64,000 nt of DNA, from positions 29 to 64,028 of the forward strand of contig JAUNJC010000001.1 of assembly GCA_030523195.1 (NCBI GenBank). Direction: 5' to 3'. Source of the DNA: Oscillospiraceae bacterium. GTDB taxonomy: Bacteria > Bacillota > Clostridia > Oscillospirales > Ruminococcaceae. Of this stretch, positions 57,867 to 64,000 are shown in pieces; position 1 is the stretch's first letter, and the number at the start of each line of letters is the position of its first letter. A program made the translations under genes and the position numbers. Below the pieces are notes generated by a model. The model saw only the letters and a program-made list of their open reading frames with translations, had not been told where the DNA came from and did not search any database.

Positions 57867-59555
57867 TTACATTTTTTCCGGGCAGTCGATTTTTAGAATC
57901 CGCAGCGTATTCCGCAATGCCTGTTTCGCCGCCTTACAAAGCAGCAGCCGAGCTTGCTGTACCTCTGGTTCTGCATGTTTTACCGTGCAGGCATCATAAA
58001 ATTTATGGAACAACGTTGCCAATTCCATTGCATATTTTGTCATTTCTGATGGGTCATAGGCAGCAGCTGCTGCATCAATTCTAGAAGGCAGGGCTGCCAA
58101 ATGACGAATCAAAGCAATCTCTTGCGGCTGATTTAACCGCTGTAAAACAGACATATCTGTCTGCTCTGTAGAAACACCTGCTTCTTCCATGTTTCGCAGC
58201 AAACTGCAAATTCTTGCATGAGCGTATTGTACATAGTAAACTGGATTCTGTGAAGATTTCTCTACTGCCAGATCTAAATCAAATTCAAAATGCGAATTGG
58301 CCTCTCTAGTATTAAAGAAGAAGCGAGCCGCATCAATGGGAATCTCGTCCAACAGCGTTACCAATGTAATTGCCTTTCCGCTCCGCTTGGAAAGCTTGAC
58401 CACTTCGCCGTCCCGCATCAGCATGACCATTTGCATCAGAACAACATCCAGCCGGCTGGCATCTACGCCCATTGCAGTTAAAGCCGCTTTCAGCCTTGGC
58501 ACATAACCATGATGGTCTGCACCGAGAATATCAATCGCACGGTCAAATTTTCGAGTCATCAGCTTATCATAGTGGTAAGCGATATCCGGTACAATATAAG
58601 TAGGAATGCCGTTTGCACGTACCAGAACAAAGTCCTTATCTGCACCAAAATCTGTCGCTTTAAACCAAACTGCACCATCCTGCTCATAAGTATAACCACG
58701 ATTGGTCAATTCTTCTACCACATGTTGAACGCTTCCATTCTGATGCAGTGTGCTTTCCCGAAACCAATTATCATAAACAATCCGATATTTTTTCAAATCC
58801 CGTTCCAGTCCAGCAATATTTTTCGGCAATGCATAGTCAACCAGAGCCTTCCGCCGTTCCTTGCTGTCACAGTTTACATATTGATCGCCACAAATTTCCC
58901 GAAAAGCTTCCGCATGTTCGATAATATCTGCACCCTGATAGGCATCTTCCGGCATCTCTACAGATGGGTCGAACAGCTGTAAATACCGAACCTCCAAAGA
59001 AGTGGCAAATTTTTCAATCTGATTGCCGGCATCATTGATGTAGAATTCCCGCTTGGCGTCATAGCCAGCCCAATTCAAAATTTCTGCCAGACTATCCCCC
59101 AATGCACCACCTCTGGCATTGCCGACATGCATTGGACCGGTCGGGTTGGCAGAGACAAATTCCACCAGAATCCGTTTACCAGCACCAGTTTCCGTTCTGC
59201 CATAGTCATCTCCCTCCTGCAATACGGTTTCCACTGTATGGGAAAACCACTGCTGCTTCAGGAAAAAGTTCAAAAAGCCCGGTCCTGCAATTTCTGCCCG
59301 TTCAAAATCCGTTCCCTGCAACTGCAATTCGCTGCAAATTGCCTCTGCAATTTTTCTCGGCGGCATCTTAAATGTTTTGGCATTTACCATTGCAATATTG
59401 GCTGCAAAGTCACCATGTGACTTGTCCGCTGGTACTTCTATCCGGAATGCATTCATCGGCTCTGCCGGCAGTGTACCGGCAGAAACTGCACGCCCAACGC
59501 TATCTAATAATAATGTATACAGTGCCTTTTCAGCAAGCTTCATACAATCTGCCAT
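57867..59555 (-). CDS. argS: Arginine--tRNA ligase
   Basis: GPGFLNF, EFVSANPTGPMHVG, GADH.GY, KLSKR.G, YVQYAHAR, PEKM. Confidence 0.98.
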   Translation of the reverse strand: MADCMKLAEKALYTLLLDSVGRAVSAGTLPAEPMNAFRIEVPADKSHGDFAANIAMVNAKTFKMPPRKIAEAICSELQLQGTDFERAEIAGPGFLNFFLKQQWFSHTVETVLQEGDDYGRTETGAGKRILVEFVSANPTGPMHVGNARGGALGDSLAEILNWAGYDAKREFYINDAGNQIEKFATSLEVRYLQLFDPSVEMPEDAYQGADIIEHAEAFREICGDQYVNCDSKERRKALVDYALPKNIAGLERDLKKYRIVYDNWFRESTLHQNGSVQHVVEELTNRGYTYEQDGAVWFKATDFGADKDFVLVRANGIPTYIVPDIAYHYDKLMTRKFDRAIDILGADHHGYVPRLKAALTAMGVDASRLDVVLMQMVMLMRDGEVVKLSKRSGKAITLVTLLDEIPIDAARFFFNTREANSHFEFDLDLAVEKSSQNPVYYVQYAHARICSLLRNMEEAGVSTEQTDMSVLQRLNQPQEIALIRHLAALPSRIDAAAAAYDPSEMTKYAMELATLFHKFYDACTVKHAEPEVQQARLLLCKAAKQALRNTLRILKIDCPEKM

Positions 59556-59576
59556 TTCCCGTTTTCCTCCCACTCT

Positions 59577-60011
59577 TTATGCTTCCTGTTTCACTCTAGA
59601 AATTTCCAAATAGATTTCATTCTCTGACAAAAAAGATGCATTTGCATCCAGCGTATACCGCAAATGAAGCTGTCCGCCGTCTGCGGTTAAATGGTCCTCA
59701 ATTTTATGGGTAAAAACACCAACGGTAATATCACCAAATGGTGTTCCATATATGCAATAGTGTTTTTTTCCCACTTCGATCATCAGATTGGAATTTGCCG
59801 ACCCTGTCCGAACAATAGAAACACAGCGTCCGTTTATTCCGGTAATTTCCGTGGTAGAACCTTCAAAACCAGTCGCTTCGGACTCTTCATAGGAGACGCA
59901 CCATTTCGTTCCGTTCTGTTCATATGTGCCTTCCGTCCGCAGTTCTGTTTCGTTTTCCTCTTCCTCGTTTCGCTGCACACTTCGCAGAACGATCTCTACT
60001 TTTTCTTTCAA
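59577..60011 (-). CDS. DUF1934 family protein
   Basis: Y.E.E.TG, I.R.G, Y.TPFG beta-barrel pattern; next to argS; TTG start. Confidence 0.85.
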   Translation of the reverse strand: MKEKVEIVLRSVQRNEEEENETELRTEGTYEQNGTKWCVSYEESEATGFEGSTTEITGINGRCVSIVRTGSANSNLMIEVGKKHYCIYGTPFGDITVGVFTHKIEDHLTADGGQLHLRYTLDANASFLSENEIYLEISRVKQEA

Positions 60012-60829
60012 CAGTCTGCCTCCTTCTGCCCACTGCTCTGATAAACTGTGCCAGTCACTTCCTTTTGCAAAAAATGAGCGGCACCCTCTGTGAACAGTTC
60101 TACACTATCACTGACATAATAAACATTTTTTCCTTTTTCCGTTCGGTCACTCAATAATTTTTTTTCTGTCAGGCACTGCTTCGCATAACCGGCCGTCTCG
60201 GCTCCCGGAGAAATCAATGTAACATCTTCCCCCATAATATCTCCAATCAGCTCTGCAATAACCGGATAATGCGTACAACCTAAAATCAAAGTATCCACTT
60301 TCTGTGCTTGAATCGGTGCGAGATATTCCTCTGCCACCAAACGAGTCACCGGATTGTGAAAATCTGTATAACCGTTTTCCACCAGATGCACAAACAGCGG
60401 ACACGCCTGTGTTGCCACAAAGTAATCCGGATGCTGTTGCAAAATGGCTTTTTTATAACTTTCACTTTTAATAGTAGCTGGTGTCCCAATAATTCCAATC
60501 CGTTTGGTTCGGGTTGCTGCACAAGCCGCCGCTACAGCCGGATAAATCACACCGGCAAACGGCATATCCGTCACAAACGGTCGATCTCCTACAACAGAAC
60601 TCACTGTCCCACAGGCAGCAATAATCATTTTAACCTGATGCTGCCGCAAAAAAGCGACATCCTCTTTTGCATAACGCAGAATGGTTTCCGGACTGCGGCT
60701 GCCATATGGTACTCTTGCGATATCCCCAAAATAAATAATATTTTCATGCGGCAGCAAACGATTCAACTCTTTGACGGTTGTTAAGCCCCCTAAACCGGAG
60801 TCGAATACGCCAATGGCATCATTCTTCAT
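60008..60829 (-). CDS. murI: Glutamate racemase
   Basis: FDSGLGGL, PYG, ACGT, LGCTHYP. Confidence 0.97.
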   Translation of the reverse strand: MKNDAIGVFDSGLGGLTTVKELNRLLPHENIIYFGDIARVPYGSRSPETILRYAKEDVAFLRQHQVKMIIAACGTVSSVVGDRPFVTDMPFAGVIYPAVAAACAATRTKRIGIIGTPATIKSESYKKAILQQHPDYFVATQACPLFVHLVENGYTDFHNPVTRLVAEEYLAPIQAQKVDTLILGCTHYPVIAELIGDIMGEDVTLISPGAETAGYAKQCLTEKKLLSDRTEKGKNVYYVSDSVELFTEGAAHFLQKEVTGTVYQSSGQKEADC

Positions 60830-60874
60830 CTCTTCTACCCTCTCTATCCTATTGCTGTTTGTTGCAGAATGGAT

Positions 60875-61948
60875 TTAATACATCCGTTCTGCATTTTCCA
60901 TTGCCTGTTCAATCAACTTATCCACCAGATAAGATTGGGACATGCCAAGATGTTCCATCAGCTTCGGATACATACTGATATTGGTAAAGCCCGGCAACGT
61001 GTTGATTTCATTCAAAATCATGCCGCCGTCCTTTTGCAGAAAGAAGTCAACACGAGACAACCCCTTGCATCCCAATGCCTTATATGCCTTTACCGCAATT
61101 TCCCGCAAAGCATTCGACTGATCATCCGTAATTCGTGCCGGTATGTACAACTGTGACGTACCAGTGATGTACTTGTCTTCATAATCATAGAATTCCGCAG
61201 CCGGCTGAATCTCCCCAACATAGGAAGCAAACGGTGCGTCATAGCCAAATACTGCCACTTCCAATTCCTTGCCGTCAATGAATTCCTCAATGACCACTTT
61301 GCAGTCATGAGAAAAAGCAATCTGAATGGCTTCTTTCAGGGTTTCCATGTCAGTAGCTTTATTGACGCCCACAGAGGAACCTGCATTTGCCGGCTTTACG
61401 AAAACTGGAAATCCCAGTGTCTCCGCAATGGCTTCACAGGTTTCATCCAAACGGCTGATTTCCCGCTGACTGACCGATGCCCATTTTGCAGTACGAATCC
61501 CATTATAGTCCAGTACTGTATGGGTCATACATTTATCCATACAGAGTGCACTGCTAAGGGTTCCGCATCCGACATACGGCAGCTTTGCCATCTCCAGCAA
61601 GCCCTGCAATCTACCATCTTCACCATTTCTGCCATGTAAAACTGGAAATACAACATCTACCTTTTTAATATATGTTTCCCCATTCTCAATGGTAATAATG
61701 CCCTTATGAATCGGATCAGGAGAGATAATTGCAGCTGTACAATCTGGATTCATTTCCCAAGTACCAGTGGCAATTTCGCTCACATCCCCCGGAAAATACA
61801 ACCATCTGCCCTTTTTAGTGATACCAATACAGATAATTTCATATTTATCCTTTGGAATACTATTGATCACATTGACCGCAGACATCAGAGAAACTTCATG
61901 TTCACTGGAAACGCCGCCGAATAAAACGGCTACTCTAATTTTTGCCAT
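60875..61948 (-). CDS. ddl: D-alanine--D-alanine ligase
   Basis: GG.SSEHEVSL.S, LHG..GEDG, GSSVG, FYDYEDKY, NEINTLPG. Confidence 0.97.
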   Translation of the reverse strand: MAKIRVAVLFGGVSSEHEVSLMSAVNVINSIPKDKYEIICIGITKKGRWLYFPGDVSEIATGTWEMNPDCTAAIISPDPIHKGIITIENGETYIKKVDVVFPVLHGRNGEDGRLQGLLEMAKLPYVGCGTLSSALCMDKCMTHTVLDYNGIRTAKWASVSQREISRLDETCEAIAETLGFPVFVKPANAGSSVGVNKATDMETLKEAIQIAFSHDCKVVIEEFIDGKELEVAVFGYDAPFASYVGEIQPAAEFYDYEDKYITGTSQLYIPARITDDQSNALREIAVKAYKALGCKGLSRVDFFLQKDGGMILNEINTLPGFTNISMYPKLMEHLGMSQSYLVDKLIEQAMENAERMY

Positions 61949-62194
61949 AGAAAAAACTCCTCACTTTTATGCATTTACAGAAAGCTGCCAAAACGCTCTC
62001 CATACAATAATCTATTTCATTATAACAGATTTCATAACTTTCTGCAAGCCTTTTTCTGCAAGTCATAAAAATCAATTTGCAAATGGCGCAGAAAATCGTA
62101 ATTTTTTAAAGAAAACGTGTGCTGCCTCCTCCTTTTCTCTCCCGTACATCCCATGCCTGAAAAAATGTTTTTCGGTATTTTTCAAAAAAATCCC

Positions 62195-62223
62195 TTGACA
62201 AAGTAAAAAAAACATGATATAAT
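62195..62223 (+). promoter_or_regulatory. Sigma-A promoter of rpmG-secE-nusG-rplK
   Basis: Perfect TTGACA-N17-TATAAT with extended TG. Confidence 0.9.
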
Positions 62224-62356
62224 GGCATTACCTCTTTTACAGGGGTTTCTTTTTATGCCTTTTTGCAGGAGAAACCTGTATTTGAGGGAGGCAAACGAAC
62301 CGGCTCCCGCTGTATTACACAGAACGGGAGGAGTATATGAGCAGGAGGTGCCGATA

Positions 62357-62506
62357 ATGAGAGTGAAGGTAACACTGGCTTGCACAGAATGCAAGCGCCG
62401 CAACTATGTGACCAAGAAGAACAAGCGAAACAATCCAGAACGGATTGAAATGAACAAACACTGCAAGTTCTGCCGGAAGCATACTTTGCACAGAGAAACA
62501 AAGTGA
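62357..62506 (+). CDS. rpmG: 50S ribosomal protein L33 (Zn-binding form)
   Basis: [17 protein letters not shown]...[14 protein letters not shown] after AGGAGGTG. Confidence 0.97.
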   Translation: MRVKVTLACTECKRRNYVTKKNKRNNPERIEMNKHCKFCRKHTLHRETK

Positions 62507-62523
62507 TGACTGGAGGTTCTGAG

Positions 62524-62832
62524 ATGTCCGACAAAGAAAAAAAGACAGCTGCTTCTGAAGAAAAAGCTGCCAAGAAGGAAAAAAAGGCAAACGCCGCAGA
62601 CTCCGGGAAATCTAAAAAAGAAAAAGAGAAAAAGTCAATCTTCAAGAGAATTGCCGCTTGGTTCAAAGATCTGAGAAAGGAATTCAAAAAAGTTGTATGG
62701 CCAACGAAGCGGACGGTTTTTAACAATACGCTTGTTGTATTGTGCGTTGTCGTTGTTGGCAGCGTTGTCATCGGTCTGCTGGATCTTGGTTTCTTGAAAC
62801 TGATGGAATTTCTAATGGGACTTTCCAAGTAA
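62524..62832 (+). CDS. secE: Preprotein translocase subunit SecE
   Basis: EFKKVVWPT plus a single TM; long Lys-rich N-terminus. Confidence 0.95.
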   Translation: MSDKEKKTAASEEKAAKKEKKANAADSGKSKKEKEKKSIFKRIAAWFKDLRKEFKKVVWPTKRTVFNNTLVVLCVVVVGSVVIGLLDLGFLKLMEFLMGLSK

Positions 62833-62853
62833 CGACGCAGGGAGGCCGTTTTT

Positions 62854-63381
62854 ATGTCAGAAGTTGCAAAATGGTACGTCATCCACACTTATTCCGGCTA
62901 TGAGAACAAAGTCGCACAGGATATTGAAAAGGTTGTGGAAAACCGGAAACTGCATGACATGATTTTGGAAGTGCGGGTTCCCACAGAAAAGGTAACAGAA
63001 ATTACCGACGGCAAAACCAGAGAAGTAGAACGTAAGACATTTCCAAGCTATGTACTTCTCAAGATGATCTACACGGACGACACCTGGCACGTTGTGAAAA
63101 ACATTCGCGGTGTAACTGGATTCGTTGGTCCGGCTTCCGAACCGACGCCTCTTTCTGAGGCAGAAGTCGCTGCACTCGGAGTAGAAACAGGAACGACAAC
63201 AGAAGTCAATTATGCAGTCGGCGATACCATTATGATCAGCGGTACTGCAATGGATGGTTTTGTTGGCGTTGTACAAAATATTAATATGGAGGACGGTACA
63301 GTTGATGTCATGGTTTCCATGTTTGGACGAGAAACTCCAGCGACTGTGGCACTCAATCAAATCGTTCGCATGGACTCTTAA
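62854..63381 (+). CDS. nusG: Transcription termination/antitermination factor NusG
   Basis: WYVIHTYSGYENKV, FP.YV, GVTGFVG, MFGRET. Confidence 0.98.
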   Translation: MSEVAKWYVIHTYSGYENKVAQDIEKVVENRKLHDMILEVRVPTEKVTEITDGKTREVERKTFPSYVLLKMIYTDDTWHVVKNIRGVTGFVGPASEPTPLSEAEVAALGVETGTTTEVNYAVGDTIMISGTAMDGFVGVVQNINMEDGTVDVMVSMFGRETPATVALNQIVRMDS

Positions 63382-63416
63382 AAACGCATAAGCAAGCGGA
63401 ATCCATCGAGATTCCC

Positions 63417-63454
63417 GTGGGAGGGCTGCTGCAAAAAAGCCCGCCGTTTACCAC
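63417..63454 (+). promoter_or_regulatory. Putative L1-binding autoregulatory site before rplK
   Basis: GTGGGAGGGC...GCCC...TACCAC directly before the SD. Confidence 0.65.
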
Positions 63455-63472
63455 ATTATGGAGGTGTGCAAC

Positions 63473-63898
63473 ATGGCACAGAAAGTTACAGGTTATATTA
63501 AGCTTCAAATTCCGGCAGGGAAAGCAACCCCTGCTCCGCCGGTTGGTCCTGCACTGGGTCAGCACGGTGTCAATATTATGGCATTTACAAAGGAATTTAA
63601 CGAGAGAACCAAGAATGACATTGGTATGATTATTCCAGTTGTTATTACGGTTTATGCCGATCGTTCCTTTACATTTATCACCAAGACCCCGCCGGCTGCC
63701 GTTCTGTTAAAGAAAGCCTGCGGTCTGGAAACTGCTTCCGGCGTTCCAAACAAGACAAAGGTTGCAAACATTACAAAAGAACAGATTAAGCAGATTGCGG
63801 AACACAAAATGCCGGATCTCAATGCCGGTTCTTTGGAAGCCGCTATGAGCATGATTGCTGGTACCGCACGTTCCATGGGAATTGTGGTTGTTGACTAA
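63473..63898 (+). CDS. rplK: 50S ribosomal protein L11
   Basis: [37 protein letters not shown]. Confidence 0.99.
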   Translation: MAQKVTGYIKLQIPAGKATPAPPVGPALGQHGVNIMAFTKEFNERTKNDIGMIIPVVITVYADRSFTFITKTPPAAVLLKKACGLETASGVPNKTKVANITKEQIKQIAEHKMPDLNAGSLEAAMSMIAGTARSMGIVVVD

Positions 63899-63960
63899 AA
63901 GAGAATGAAAATGCGGCATGTCGGTGCAGGACAACCCTGCACGGCTCTGTCTTCTCAAAT

Positions 63961-64000
63961 GGTGGGAGGAGCATTCCGCTAATCGGCTGTGCGAGACAGC
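63961..64000 (+). promoter_or_regulatory. Start of a second putative L1-binding site (before the presumed rplA, cut by the window edge)
   Basis: GGTGGGAGGA-GCAT-TCC downstream of rplK. Confidence 0.45.

Noticed and set aside
60875-61948. Van-type (D-Ala-D-Lac) ligase
   Set aside because: The omega loop FYDYEDKY has the Tyr of D-Ala-D-Ala ligases; housekeeping context with murI and argS; no van genes.
61949-62194. Replication origin at the strand switch
   Set aside because: No TTATCCACA boxes and no dnaA/dnaN; divergent promoters explain the region.
20651-62832. Long N-terminal extensions in the ORF track (nif3, mraY, pbp, mraZ, LRR protein, GntR, rpmG and others)
   Set aside because: They overlap upstream genes or promoters. 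Downstream starts have proper SD sequences and give family-typical N-termini.

Overview
Mostly core-genome segment of a low-GC Gram-positive anaerobe. Two dockerin-bearing secreted proteins and the gene content point to a Ruminococcus-like Oscillospiraceae (inference). In order: (1) a trp operon on + (trpE cut by the window edge, trpG-trpD fusion, trpC, trpF, trpB, trpA) interrupted by a DUF600/YezG-like orphan immunity-type gene and followed by two orphan ORFs and tRNA-Gln(CTG). (2) A minus-strand stretch with asnB, a TARG1-like macrodomain, a dockerin-metallopeptidase, a Nudix-MutY fusion, metY, mpg, rqcH, methyltransferases, nif3, trmK, DUF1858 and a zinc-ribbon gene. (3) The dcw cluster (mraZ to ftsZ). 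(4) The str operon (rpsL-rpsG-fusA-tuf). (5) An LRR-dockerin protein, a HAD hydrolase, csoR-copA, a YtrA-ABC-CPBP module, cdaR-like-ftsEX-M23-ctpA and ddl-murI-DUF1934-argS. (6) rpmG-secE-nusG-rplK on +. I saw no transposase, integrase, phage gene, reverse transcriptase or CRISPR array. The most unusual items are a dispersed 125-170 bp structured repeat with terminal inverted repeats and a swapped inner hairpin (two clear copies), the immunity-like gene coupled into the trp operon, the Nudix-MutY fusion, an ORF that appears to start at ACG, and several long structured untranslated regions (ftsL-pbp, rpsL-rpsG, zinc-ribbon leader). All assignments come from reading motifs by eye; no searches were run.
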